Shown here: positions 37,498-49,853 of the stretch, piece by piece
Numbering within the stretch: the first letter of the stretch is position 1
Layout of the letters: each line of letters opens with the position of its first letter
Origin: Felis catus
Taxonomy: Eukaryota
DNA: 64,000 nt
NCBI RefSeq assembly: GCF_018350175.1
Contig: NC_058368.1
Span: forward strand, 94,738,001-94,802,000
Reading direction: 5' to 3'
Position numbers and translations under genes: made by a program
The notes under the pieces: model-generated
Told to the model about the DNA's origin: nothing
Databases searched by the model: none
What the model saw: only the letters and a program-made list of their open reading frames with translations

Positions 37498-37648
37498 GGG
37501 GCACCTCGATGACTCAGTTGATTAAGCACCCGACTCTTGATTTCTTCTCAGGTCACGATCTCATGGTCCGTGAGATCGAGCCCCACATTGTGCTGACAGC
37601 GTGAAGCCTGCTTGGCATTCTCTCTCCCTCTCTCTCTGCCCCTCCCCT

Positions 37649-37688
<40 letters not shown>

Positions 37689-37710
37689 TCAAAATAAATA
37701 GCAAAAAAAA
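37498..37710 (+). mobile_element. CanSINE
   Basis: TSD TTTTTGA(A/C)AAGTA. Confidence 0.94.
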
Positions 37711-37729
37711 ATTTTTTGACAAGTAGTCC

Positions 37730-38170
37730 CAGCCAGTGTGGGATAGAGGCCTGAGCAGAAGGGTGGACTTCTTGCCCCTTCTGAGACTTCACGAAAATAG
37801 ACACACACAGAGGCACATAAAGGAGTAGATCCATGCAGCAAAGAAAACCAGAGAGGCTTACTAGTGCTTGCAGCTTTTCAAGTAGTGAGAGAAGAGAGGA
37901 ATGAGCTGATGGCTGAAACAAGCCATGAGGGGCCACAGAGACGAGAAGAAACCCACCCCCCCGGCCGAACCCAAAGGAGCCTCAGCACTGACAGTCTGTG
38001 GGTATGAGGGAGGGCAGGAGGACGATGTAGAGCTGAAAACAGGAGGATTCATGACAGATCTGTACAGGAAACCAGGACAGTCGGCGCCCTTACCCACGTC
38101 CACATCCCCAGGCCGAAGCCAGAGCCTCGTCCCAGGAGAAAGGGAGCAAACCAGGTGGGAAGGGGAAAGG
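37730..38170 (+). mobile_element. Possible ancient L1ME/HAL1 5' region
   Basis: Purine-rich, GC-elevated; gagctgaaaacaggaggattcatgacagatctgtac resembles remembered old L1 5'UTR motifs. Confidence 0.35.
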
Positions 38171-39618
38171 TTTCTTTTGTGCACCTTGGCACTGCACAGA
38201 TAGGCCTGCATTATTCCAGCCTTTGAGGGCTTGGAGCCTGGCAGGCGGCCTCCTATCTGCTGTCCACGGCTCCTGCCTAACGTGGAGCTTGCCTGCGTCC
38301 GGGTGCACCTGTGCGCGCAGAGCTCCTACTCACCGCCACCAATCAGGCAGAATGACAGAGGAAACTTATTTTCATTATTATGCGGGTCTGTTGTTTCTGA
38401 AGCCATCATATTACTACAAGTGCTGGCTTTTGTGTTCTGTTATCTTAATTTCTATCGTTCGTTAAGTTTTTCTTCCCGGTCATACAGATTGTTCACACAT
38501 TGCAGCAGACTCTCTTTTCAAGAGTAATTTCACTTTTGGTGGCCCAGCCTTAGGGCCAGAGACTACTTTTCTACCAGAAACTACTTTTTCCCTTTGAAGA
38601 CGTTTTTATTTGCTCATCTATTGATGGGGATCGATCTAGGAACAGTTAGTCTTTACATTTCATAATCTTAGTTTGAATTTAATGATGGCATGAGTTGGCA
38701 CTGATATTTAATAGTGTATGTATATGCTAACTGCAAATTCACATTTGTTTAGACTCTTGGGTTGTATTCTTTTTTGCCTGTAAGAGATATAAAATGCTTT
38801 ATTAAAACATTGAGAAATGTTGATCTCATTAAGTGGCAGAGAAGAACATATTTCTTGTCTTTAAAACATTTACTAATGCGAATTGAGTTGCAATGTTCAG
38901 AAACACTGCAGTTAGACCCAATCTTAATTTTTCTCATTTTCTTAAATTTTCATGGATATGCATATGGAGCTATTTTTGTCTTCATTCTCAGCTAAATAAA
39001 TTAGCCCAAATATGCATGACTGAAATTACCTTCTATAAAAATGTTCAAAAGCATCTGAAAAATATCCCAAGGGTGGCAAGTCCATAATATTTTCCTGTAT
39101 TAACATGCTGTGCCTGGCTTCTGGATGGATATTTGATCAGAAGAAAAGAATCTTTGAAAGTTAACCGTAGTGCTGTAAAGTCCAAGATGATCTTGTATCA
39201 CCGAATGAGACTGAACTGAGAAGCTGGGGGAAAATTCACATGGTAGTTTCCAACTTCTCTTCATTTTGGAGTTACTGTATATGAAGAACACTGTTATATC
39301 TGTTCCTAAAGGTCAGTAAGTATGGACAAGATGATGCTGAAGTATAATTTGAGTATGGGTTTTAATCTGTAATAGACTTTTATGTTTCTTATTCTGAGCG
39401 CTACAGAAATTACTAGTTCCATGCGTGTATATGACAGTTGAGATCCAAAGAGCCTTGATTAATGGTCCTAGGATTTGTATTTCAAGAAGCCAGAGGATGG
39501 GGATCATCTCCCCTCTGTGTCATATTGACATTCAAAACAAGATACAAACAAGTCTTCCAAATCTTATAAAGACCCTTTCTAGATATTTTAAGTATATAGC
39601 TTATTGTTTACTGAGTAG

Positions 39619-39997
39619 TGTTTAAAAAAACTTTTTTAACTGAGTAAATTTTGAAGACTTTATTAGTTTTCTTCCTCATCATTTGTGAATCAGGCAGCAT
39701 CTCATCTAACAGAAACGAGCTCCAAAGAGCTGCACAAAGATTTTTATAGGTGGGAGGAGCCAGGACAAGAAAGTTACTAGCAAGAAGTCTGTTGTTTCTG
39801 GTTAACTTCCTATAGGGGATGACGGGGGTCTGTCAGGCAGATGATCTCACTAGTACTCACCAATAGTTGCAGATTGACTGGTTTAGGATTCCACTTCTGA
39901 GAGAGGTTGAAACTAATTAAGTTAGGTGTTACCTCTAGTTTTCCTGACATGGACTTAGCACAAGTGACTCCATTTTGAACCTGTTGTCTCTCTCTCT

Positions 39998-40056
<59 letters not shown>

Positions 40057-40058
40057 CA
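39619..40058 (-). mobile_element. ERV1-type solo LTR (MER34-like) containing a (TC)n microsatellite at 39987-40052
   Basis: TG...CA ends; on the minus strand caaaatggagtcacttgtgctaag near the 5' end, TATAAAA, then gatgctgcctgattcac and AATAAA. Confidence 0.75.
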
Positions 40059-40790
40059 ATAAGAAGTTAGGCTTCTTTTGTTTTTCTTCTATTTTATATT
40101 TTAAACCTATATTACCCATATCCAGATGCCCTGTGCTATAAAAACATTTATTTACTTTCATCTGAAATTTATGAAAGGAGATTGTGCAGAAGGCATTTTA
40201 ATACAACAATGAAGATGAAACAGCTTTTGACACTGGTTTGCTCTGAATGAGAACATTGTACATTGAAGGCTCATTTAGACCCTCAAAATTAACTTCCATG
40301 AGCATTCTTAGCACTGAGGGCCCTCTCTCTGAAATCATGGTGCTAGTTTAGGACTTGCTATTCTTTTTAGCAAATACCTGTTATTTTCAAAATTATGTAC
40401 ATTTCTCAGAAATAAAAATAAGATGTTAAACTTGTTTACTGAACAAAAGAAGGCTGTTATGGTGGGTTCAGGTCAATTTTAATTAGAATGTAAGCATTAC
40501 ATAATTTGGATATTCTCATGTCTGGACTGCTTTTATACAATGTAACTCCAAAATCAAGATTTTGTGGTCAGGAGAGGAAGACCACAGTGGAGTAGGTGGA
40601 CCCTACACTCACCTCATCCCGCAAACACAACTAGATAACTATCAAATCATCTTAACTACCCCAGGAATCAACCTGAAGGCTGACAGAAGAAACTCTACAA
40701 CTGAAGACAGAGAAGAGGCCACACTGAAGAAAGAGTAAGAGATAGAACTGGCCTTTCTAACACAGAGAAGAATGCAGACACTTAGACAAA

Positions 40791-41575
40791 ATGCCAAGAC
40801 AGAATAATTGATCCCAATCAACATAAGGCCATGGCCTTAGATCTAAGAAAAACAAATGCAAGTAACATGCCTGGTGGAGAATTTAAAGCAACAATCATAA
40901 GGCTACTCACTGGGCATGAGATAAGAATAGAAGACATCAGTGAAACCCTTACCACAGAGATAAAAAAGGTTAAAAAAAAAAAAGTCAGGAATGAAGAGTG
41001 CAATAGACAAGATTGGAAACAGGATTGATGCAATGAACAGCAGGCTAGAAGAAGCAGAAGAATGAAGTAGTGACCCAGAAGTCAAAATAATAGAAAATAA
41101 TGAAGCTGAACCAAAGAGAAGAATTATCCCAAGAATAGACTTGGGAACTCAGTGATTCCATCAAAAGTAATAACATTTGTATCATAGAAATCCCAGAAGA
41201 AGAAGAGAGAGAAAAGGGGGCAGAAAATTTATTTGAAGAAATAATAGCTAAAACTTCCCTCATCTGGGGAAGGAAACGGACACCCAGATCCAGGAGGCAC
41301 AGACAACTCCCATCAAAATCAATAAAAGCAGACAACACCAAGACATACTGTAATTATATTTGTAAAATATAGTGATAAAGAAAAACTATTAAAAGCAGAC
41401 TAGGGTGCCTAGGTAGCTCAGTTGGTTAAGTGTCCAACTCTTGATCTCAGCTCAGGTCATGATCTCAGAGTTCATGGGATCAAACCCCACATTGGGCTCT
41501 ATGCTGCAAGCGTGGAGCCTGGTTAGGATTCTCTCTCCCTTGTCTCTGTCTCTCTGCCCCTCCCACACTCATGTG

Positions 41576-41640
<65 letters not shown>

Positions 41641-41938
41641 AAAATAAGTAAATAAACTTAAGTAAATAAATAAAAGCAGAAAGACAAAAGAAGTCCTTAA
41701 CTTACAAGGGAAAACCCATAAGGTCTAACTGCAGACTTCTCAACAGAAACTTTGCAGGCCAAAAGGGAATGCATGATATATTTAAAGTGCTGAATGGGAA
41801 GAATCTGCAGCAAGAATGCTTTATCCAGCAAGGCTATCATTCAGAATAGAAAGAGAGATATTTCCCCAGACAACAAAAGCTAAGGAGCTCATGACCACTA
41901 AACCAGCCCTGCAAGGAATATTAAAGGGGATTCTTTGA
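40791..41938 (+). pseudogene. L1 ORF1p remnant
   Basis: ATG at 40791; EFKATIIRLLTG, coiled-coil region, ends ..ILKGIL*; stops, frameshifts and one SINE. Confidence 0.9.
41402..41670 (+). mobile_element. CanSINE in L1 ORF1, with (TC)26 at 41581-41632
   Basis: TSD TAAAAGCAGA at 41390-41399 and 41671-41680. Confidence 0.96.
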
Positions 41939-43173
41939 GTGGAAAGGAGAGACCCAAAGTGACAAAGACAGGAAAGCATCAGAGAAAATCTCCAGAAATG
42001 ACAAAACAAGTAATAAAATGGCAATAAATGCATATCTGTCATTTATTACTTTGAATGTAAATGCACTAAATGCTCCAATCAAAAGACATAACGGTGTCAG
42101 AATGGATGGAAAAAGGAGACCCCATCTATATGCTGCCTATAAGAGATTCATTTTAGACCTAAAGACACCTGCAGATTGAAAGTAAAGGGATAGAAAAACA
42201 TTTATCATGCAAATAGATGTCAAAAGAAGTAAGAGTAGCAATACCTATATCAAACAAACTAGACTTTAAAACAAAGAATGTAACAAGAGACCAAGGAGGG
42301 CACTATATAATCCTAAAGTGGACAATCCAATAAGAAGATCAAAAAATTATAAATATTTATGCACCTGTGGGATCACCCAAATATATAAAACAATAACAAA
42401 CATAAAGGAACTAATTAATAATAATACAGTAATAGTAGAGGATTGTAACACCCTGCTTACATCAATGGACAGATTGTCTAAACAGAAAATGAACAAGGAA
42501 ATAGTGGCTTTGAATGATACACTGGAAAAGATGGACTTAGCAAATATATTCAGAACATTCCATTCTAAAACAGAGTGCACATTCTTTGCAAGTGCACAGG
42601 GAACATTCCCTAGAAAGATCACAATACTAGGTCACAAAATAGGCCTTGACAAATCCAGCAAGATTAAAGTCATACCACACATCTTTTCTGAACACAGTGC
42701 CTTGAAACTGGAAATCAACCACAAGAAAAAATCTGGTAAGACCACAGATACATGGAGGTTAAACAAGATGCTACTAAAGAATGAATGGGTCAATCAGGAA
42801 ACTAGAGAAGAAATTAAAAAAAAAAAAAAAAGCAAACAAATGAAAATGGAAACACAACAAACAGTCCAAAACCTTTGGGATGCAGCAAAAGTGGTCCTAA
42901 CAGGGAAGTTTATAGCAATACTGGCCAACCTCAGGAAGCAAGAAAAATCTCAAACTAATCATACACGTAATGGAGCTATAATAAGAAACATCAAATGAAG
43001 CCTAAAGCCTGCATAAGGAAGGAAATAATAATGATTAGAGCAGAAATAAATGATAAAGAAACTGAAAAAAAAAACAAACAAACAATAGAGTAGACGAATG
43101 AAACCGGAAGGTGGTTCCTTGCAAAAATTAATAAAACTAATGAAAGTCTAGCAGACTTATCAAAAAGAAAAGA

Positions 43174-43395
43174 GGGATGTCTGGGTGGCTCAGTCAGTTG
43201 GGTATCTGACTCCAGCTCGGTCATGATCTCGGGGTTTGTGAGTTCGAGCCCCATGTCAGATTCTGTGCTGACAGCTCAAAACCTGGAGCCTGCTTTAGAT
43301 TCTGTGTTTCCATCTTTCTCTGCCCTTTCCCTGCTCACACACTGTCTCCTTCTGTCTCAAAAATAAAAACAAACGTTAAAAAATGTAAAAAGAGA
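43174..43395 (+). mobile_element. CanSINE in L1 ORF2
   Basis: Full structure; TSD core AGAAAAGAG. Confidence 0.95.
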
Positions 43396-43929
43396 GAGAA
43401 AAGAGAAAGTACCCAAATAAATAAAATCACAAATGGGAGAGGAGAAATAACAACTAACACCACAGAAATATAATTATAAGAGAATATTATGAAAACCTAT
43501 TTGCCAAAAAATTGGACAAACTAGAAGAAATGGATAAGTTTTTCAAAACATATCAACTACCAAAACTGAAACAAGAAGAAATAGAATACTTGAATAGACC
43601 AATAACCAGCAAAGAAATTTAATCAGTTATCAAAAAACTCCCAAAAACCGAAGTCCAGGACTAAATGGCTGCACAGCTGAATTCTGTCAAACATCTCAAG
43701 AAGAGTTAATATCTATTCTCTCAAAATATTCCAAAAAATAGAAATGGAAGGAAAACTTCCAATTCATGCTGTGGGGCCAGCATTAATTACCCTGATACCA
43801 AAGCCAGATAAAGAGACCACTGAAAAAGAGAACTACAGGCCAATATCCCTGATAAACAAAAGATATAAAAATTCTCAATAGAATACTAGCAAACCAAATC
43901 CAACAATACATTAAAAAAGCCATTCACCA

Positions 43930-44155
43930 GGGGCATGTGGGTGGCTCCATCCCTTAAACGTTCGACTTCAGCTCAGGTTATGATCTCGCGGTCCATGGGT
44001 TTGAGCCCCGTGTTGGGCTCTGTGCTGACAGCTCAGAGCCTGGAGCCTGCTTCAGATTCTGTGTCTCCCTCTCTCTGCTCCTCCTCTGTCGCGCGCGCGC
44101 TCTCTCTCTCTTTCTCTTTCTCTCTCTCAAAAATAAATAAACATTAAAAAATTTA
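43930..44155 (+). mobile_element. CanSINE in L1 ORF2
   Basis: TSD aaaaaagccattcacca / aaaaaaatcattcacca. Confidence 0.96.
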
Positions 44156-47100
44156 AAAAAAATCATTCACCACAATCAAGTTGTATTTATTCCTGGGTTG
44201 CAAGGGTGTTTCAGTATTCACAGATCAATCAACATGATACGCCACATTAATAAAATAAAGGATAAGAACCATATGATTATTTCAATAGATGCAGGAAAAG
44301 AGTTTGACAAAGTACAACATCCATTCATGATAAAAAACCCTCAACAAAGTAGGTTTACAGGGGGACATACATCACCATAATAAAGTTCACATATTAAAAA
44401 AAAAAAAAAGCCCACAGCTAATATCATCCTAAGTGGGGAAAAACTGAGAGCTTTTCCTCTACAGTCAGGAACAAGACAAGGATGTCCACTCTCACCACTG
44501 TCGTTCAACATAGTACTTGAAGCCCTCGCCACGGTAATCAGAAAACAAAAATAAAAGTTATCGAAATTGGCAAGGAAGAAGTAAAACTCACTCTTTGCAG
44601 ATGTCATGATTCTCTGTATAGGAAACGCAAAAGACTCCACCAAAACTGCCAGAACTGATAGAAGAATTCAGTAAAGCTGAAGGATAATCAAGGTACAGAA
44701 ATCTGCTGCGTTTCTATGTGCAAATTTTGAAGCAGCAGAAAGAGAAATCAAGGAATCGATCCTATTTACAATTTCACAAAAACTGTCAGATACCTGGTAA
44801 TAAACCTAACCAAAGAGGTGAAAGTCCTGTATCCTGAAAACTATAAAACACTGATGAAAGCAATTGAAGAAGACACAAAGAAATGGAAGGACATTCCATG
44901 CTCATGGATTGGAAAAACAAATATTGTTAAAATGCATATAGTACCCAAAGCAGTCTACACATTTAATGTAATCCCTATCAAAATATCAACAGCATTTTTC
45001 ACAGAGCTAAAACAAACAATCCAAAAATTTGTATGGAACCACAAAAGACCCTGAATAGCTAAAGCAATTTTGGAAAAGCAAAGCAAAGCTGGAGGCATCA
45101 CAATTCTGTGCTTCAAGTTACATTACAAAGCTGTAGTAATAAAAACAAATAGTACTGGCACAAAAATAGACACAAAGATCAATGGAACAGAATAGAAAAC
45201 ATAGAAATGAACCTATAACTATATGGTCAGTTAATTTTTGAAAAGCAGGAGAGAATATCCAGTGGGAAAAAGTCTCTTCAGTGAATGGTGTTGGTAAAAC
45301 TGGAAAGCAACAGGCGAAAGAATGAAACAGGACCGCTTTCTTACACCATACACAAAAATAAATTCAAAATTATTAAAGACCTAAATGTGAGACCTAAAAC
45401 CATAAAAACCCTAGAGGAGAACACAGACAACAACTTCTTTGACATCAGCCACAGTGGCTTCTTTCTAGATTTATTTTTAGAGGCAAGGAAAACAAAAGCA
45501 AAAATAAACTATTGGGATGTCATCAAAATAAAAAAAAAAAAGGAAATGATCGGCAAAACTGAAAGGCAACCTACAGAATGAGAAAAGATGTTTGCAAGTG
45601 ACATATCTGATAAAGTGTTAGTATCCAAAATCGATAAAGAACTTATCAAACTCAATACCCAAAAAACAAATAATCCAATTTAAAAATGGGCAGAAGACAT
45701 GCATAGACATTTTTTCCAAAGACCTACAGATGACCAGTATACACATGGAAAGATGTTCAACATCATTCATCATCAAACAAATACAAATCAAAACTACAAC
45801 CAGCTATCACCTCACACCTGCCAGAATGGCTAAAAGCAACAACACAAGAATCAACAGGTTTTGGTGAGGATATGGAGAAAGGGGAACTCTCTTGCACTGT
45901 CGGTGGGAATGCAAACTGATACAGCCACTCTGGAAAACAGTATGGAGAATCCTAAATAAGTTAAAAATAGACCTATGCTACAGTCCAGCAATTGCGATAC
46001 TAGATATTTGCCCAAGAATGCAAAAATACTAATTCAAGAGGTTACATGCACCCTGATGTTTATAGCAGCGTTATATACAATAGTCAAATTATGGAAACAT
46101 CTCAAGTATCCATTGACTGATGAATGGATAAGCAAGATGTGTGTACACACACACGCACACACAGAGACACAATGGAATATTACTCAGCCATAAAAAAGAA
46201 TGACATCTTGCCATTTGTAGTGAAATGGATGGAGCTAGACATTTTTATGCTAAGCAAAATGTCAGAGAAAAATAAATACCATAGGATTTAACTCACATAT
46301 GGAATTTAAGAAATGAAACAAAGGGGAAAATAAAAAGAGACAGAAGCAAACCAAGAAACAGACTTTTAACTGATTGTTACCAAACTGGAGGGATGTGTTA
46401 AATAGGTGATGGGGATTAGGGAGTGCACTTGTTGTGATGAGCACAGGGTGTTGTTTGGATGTGTTGAATTACTGTATTGTATACCTGAAACTCATATTGC
46501 ACTGTATGTTAACTAACTAGAATTTAAATAGAAACTGAAAAAAAATAAAATGTATGAAACCTAAAAAAAAAGTTTCTGTGGTCATCTGAACTTTGGGGGA
46601 GGTATATTCCAAGAATTAATACTGAACCATTTCAAATCACAATTCCATACATCTGATTTCATTGTTTGGTTCCACTCCATACATTCAATGCCATATATTA
46701 TCATTTTTGTCTACTTAGTTTTAAAGAGGGCTCAATAGCTCCAGGAACAGTATAATGGTGATGTTTACATACCAGTAAGGATTTATTTCTGCTTAAATAT
46801 GGGTATATCTGGAGTTAAGCAAACTCATTTTAACTATAAAAGCACAGAAATTGAATCTTTTTTTTCGCTGTTTGGCATTTCTTTGTATAACTCCTTAAAT
46901 GGGATATTTTGAGGCTATCCAAAAGCTTTTCTCTTACTGAATGTTGGTGTTCTTTTAGAATAGTATGTAGACTTTTTCGTATAGATTATTTCCTCCCTGG
47001 TTTCATTAAAGTACTTTTGTACTTTAATTTTAGATTGTTATTTCTTTTTAACTTTATCAATAATTATTTAAATTTAGTTTCATTGCTTTTGGACATTGCA

Positions 47101-47210
47101 TTTTTTTTTACATCTTCCTCATTGATTTTGTTTTGTTTTGCTTTGTTTTACTAGAATTGACCACTTAGTAATTCTTTTATTTTTACTTTTTTATTTTAAG
47201 TTTATTTATT

Positions 47211-47425
47211 TAAAAATTTTTTGATGTTTATTTATTTTTAAGAGAGAGACAGAGTGCAAGTGGGGGAGGGGCAGAGAGAGAGGGAGACACAGAATCCACA
47301 GCAGGCTCCAGACTCTGAGCTGTCTGTCAGCACAGAGCCCGACGCAGGGTTATAACCCATGAACCATGAGATCATGACCTGAGCCGAAGTCAGACGTTTA
47401 AGAAACTGAGCCACCCAGGTGCTCC
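47211..47425 (-). mobile_element. CanSINE inserted in the tail of another SINE
   Basis: Complete copy; tttattt-type tail sequence on both sides. Confidence 0.93.
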
Positions 47426-47590
47426 TATTTATTTATTTTTGAGAGAGAGAAAGGGAGAGAGAGAATCCCAAAAAGTTCTATGCCGTCAACTCAGAGCCTG
47501 ATGTGGGGCTTGAACTCACAAACCGTAAGATCATGACCTGAGCCAAAATCAAGAGTCAGATGCTTAACTGACTGAGCCACCCAGGTGGCT
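47426..47590 (-). mobile_element. CanSINE (outer copy; tail continues at about 47180-47210)
   Basis: Outer TSD ag(t/c)aattcttt at about 47167 and 47592. Confidence 0.92.
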
Positions 47591-48272
47591 CAGCAATTCT
47601 TTAAGATTATATCTGAAGGTGTAAGCTAGCCTGAGTTTTTGCATGACTTTAAGTGTGCATTTATTTAATCTCTCACTTGACTGCTTATTAGACTTAACAA
47701 TTATGCACTGAAGATTTGTGAAGACATTGCTGTAGTGACTTTCATTATCTGATTTTGTTAAAAAGAATTCTGATATCCATACAATTTTCATACCTTTGTA
47801 AATAACCTGTTGCCCTCTCTTTCTGTCTCTTCCCCTCCTCACTACCCTCCCCCCCCATAAGATTTTTCAATCTGTGTCCAGAGTTCTGCTGTTATACAAA
47901 CATGTGATTAAGTATCAGTTTTTATTATTAGCATTCTCCTTTAGGTGCCTCCACCCACTCTTGTCTGAAAGCCCAAATCTATTCTTAGCCAAGTGAAAAT
48001 TTTTTTTCTTTTATTTCTGTGATTACTTTCTCACCCACTTCTTTCTCTCTTATCCTTCCGTTAGGTGGCTACTGGAGCTTCTAAATCTGCCTTCCATTTC
48101 TCTTATGTTTTTCTCATTTTGCAATGGATTGTGGAGACTCTGTTGTCCTCGTCTAAACTCAAAAATTTGATCTTTAGATGGGTCCTTTACATTTTCAGTC
48201 CCTTTTTTGGCTTTGTTTTGTCATTTTATCATGTTTTTAGCTGAGTAGGACTTTCTCAAAAGAGTCTTTCTT

Positions 48273-48738
48273 ATTGAAGCATAGTTGACATTCAGTGTTC
48301 TTTCTGTTAGTTGCATGTGCACAACATTGTGGTTAAACAATTCCATACATTGTGCAGTGCTTACCACAGTAAGTGTAGCTGTCATCTGTCACCATACAAA
48401 GTTATTACAATATTATTAACGGTATTCCTTATGGGTTATAGGATAAAAAGAACAATTTTTTATCCCTATGACTTATTCTGTACCTGGAAGTTTGTATCTC
48501 TTTCTCTTTTTTTAATGTTTTATTTATTTATTTTGAGGGAATGGGGGAGGAACAGAGAGAGAGGGAGAGACAATCTCAAGCAAGCTCCACGCTGTCAGCA
48601 CAGACCCCAACATGGGGCTTGATCTCACAAACCTTGAGATCGTGACCTGAGCTGACTGACATCAAGAATTGGACGCTTAACCGACTGAGCCACCAAGGCG
48701 CCCCTGGAAGTTGGTACCTCTTAATTCACCTTTCACCT
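48273..48738 (-). mobile_element. Older carnivore L1 3' end, SINE inserted
   Basis: ttattgaagcatagttgaca, aagtgtagctgtcatctgtcaccatacaaagttattacaata. Confidence 0.85.
48503..48704 (-). mobile_element. CanSINE
   Basis: TSD tggaagtttgtatctctt / tggaagttggtacctctt. Confidence 0.95.
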
Positions 48739-49456
48739 AATTCAACAATACATTTAAAGGATTATTCAGCAATATCAAGTGGGATTTATTCCAGGAATAC
48801 AAGAATGATCCAGGATCTGTAACTCGGTTCACATGGTACACCACATTAACAAAATGAAGGACAAAACTCATATGATCATCTCAGTAGATGCAGAAGCATT
48901 TGACAAACTTCAACATCTGTTCAATGATTAAAAACTGTCAACAGAGTGGATGTAGAAAGAATGTCCTCGACATAATAAAGGACTTACATAGCAGACCCAC
49001 TGCTAACATCATACTCAATGGGGAAAAACTGGAAGCTATTCCTACAAAATAAACATGCCCCTCTTACCACTTTTATTCTAGTGCTAGAAGTCCTAGCCAC
49101 AGCAGTCAGACAAGGAAAAGAAATATAAACATCCAAATAGGTAAGAAAGAAGTAAAAGTACCACTATTTGGAGATGGCATGAAACTATATATATAGAAGA
49201 CCCTAACGACCACCTTAAAAACTATTAGAACCAATAAATGAATTCAGTAAAGTTGCAGGATGCAAAACTAAAATACATTACATTTCTGCCTTGTACTTCT
49301 GTACAGTAATAATAAAGTAGAAGTAAGAGAAATTAAGAAAACAATCCCAGTGGCAGTTGCATCAACAAGAATAAAATACCTAGGAGTAAATTCAACTGAG
49401 GAGGTGGCAGACCTGTACTCTGAAAACTGTAAGGTATTGATGAAAGAACTTGAAGA

Positions 49457-49505
<49 letters not shown>

Positions 49506-49615
49506 TGCAAAGATTTACCATGCTCACAGATTGGAAGAATTAATATTGTTAAAATGTCTATAGATTACTTTGGATTAGATTTAACATAGATTTAATGAGA
49601 TCCTATCAAAATACC
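48739..49615 (+). mobile_element. L1 ORF2 RT-region fragment
   Basis: Collinear with about 43898-44990 of the long L1; degraded RT motif LFGDGM near 49165. Confidence 0.92.
49458..49503. repeat. (CA)23 microsatellite
   Basis: Direct count. Confidence 0.97.
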
Positions 49616-49675
49616 AAGAGCTTGTTCCTTCTTTTTTGTCATTGATGTGTTTTCATTTCACTTAAGAATGTCTCT

Positions 49676-49729
49676 CTTTTTTATATATATAATTTTGTAG
49701 AGTCATGAGCAGGGGAGAGGGGTAGGGGT

Positions 49730-49781
<52 letters not shown>

Positions 49782-49853
49782 GCCTGGGGTCATGACTCGG
49801 AGCCAATATCAAGAAGTCAGACCCTCAACCAACTGAGCCATCCAGGTGCCCCT
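49676..49853 (-). mobile_element. CanSINE, internally deleted, with (GA)23 at 49733-49778
   Basis: Head actgagccatccaggtgcccc; body shortened. Confidence 0.88.

Larger units (their letters stand above)
42018..46309 (+). pseudogene. L1 ORF2p remnant (endonuclease / reverse transcriptase)
   Basis: MAINAYLSFITLNVNALNAPIKRH start; FSEHSALKLEI endonuclease motif; [16 protein letters not shown] mutated to FADV at 44594-44605; [10 protein letters not shown]; many disablements. Confidence 0.95.
40571..46569 (+). mobile_element. End-to-end carnivore LINE-1, inactive, with short 5'UTR and three SINE insertions
   Basis: 5' end, ORF1, ORF2, 3'UTR and A tail in order; TSD AAGATTTTGTGGTCA (40556-40570) / AAGTTTCTGTGGTCA (46570-46584), 13/15 identical. 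Confidence 0.97.

Noticed and set aside
37861..38527. Overlapping ORFs in a GC-richer patch as exon or CpG-island promoter
   Set aside because: No recognisable protein or convincing splice pair; CpG density modest; may be an old L1 5' region.
42318..42998. Longest ORF (226 aa) as a functional gene
   Set aside because: It is a frameshifted piece of L1 ORF2 endonuclease inside a disabled element.
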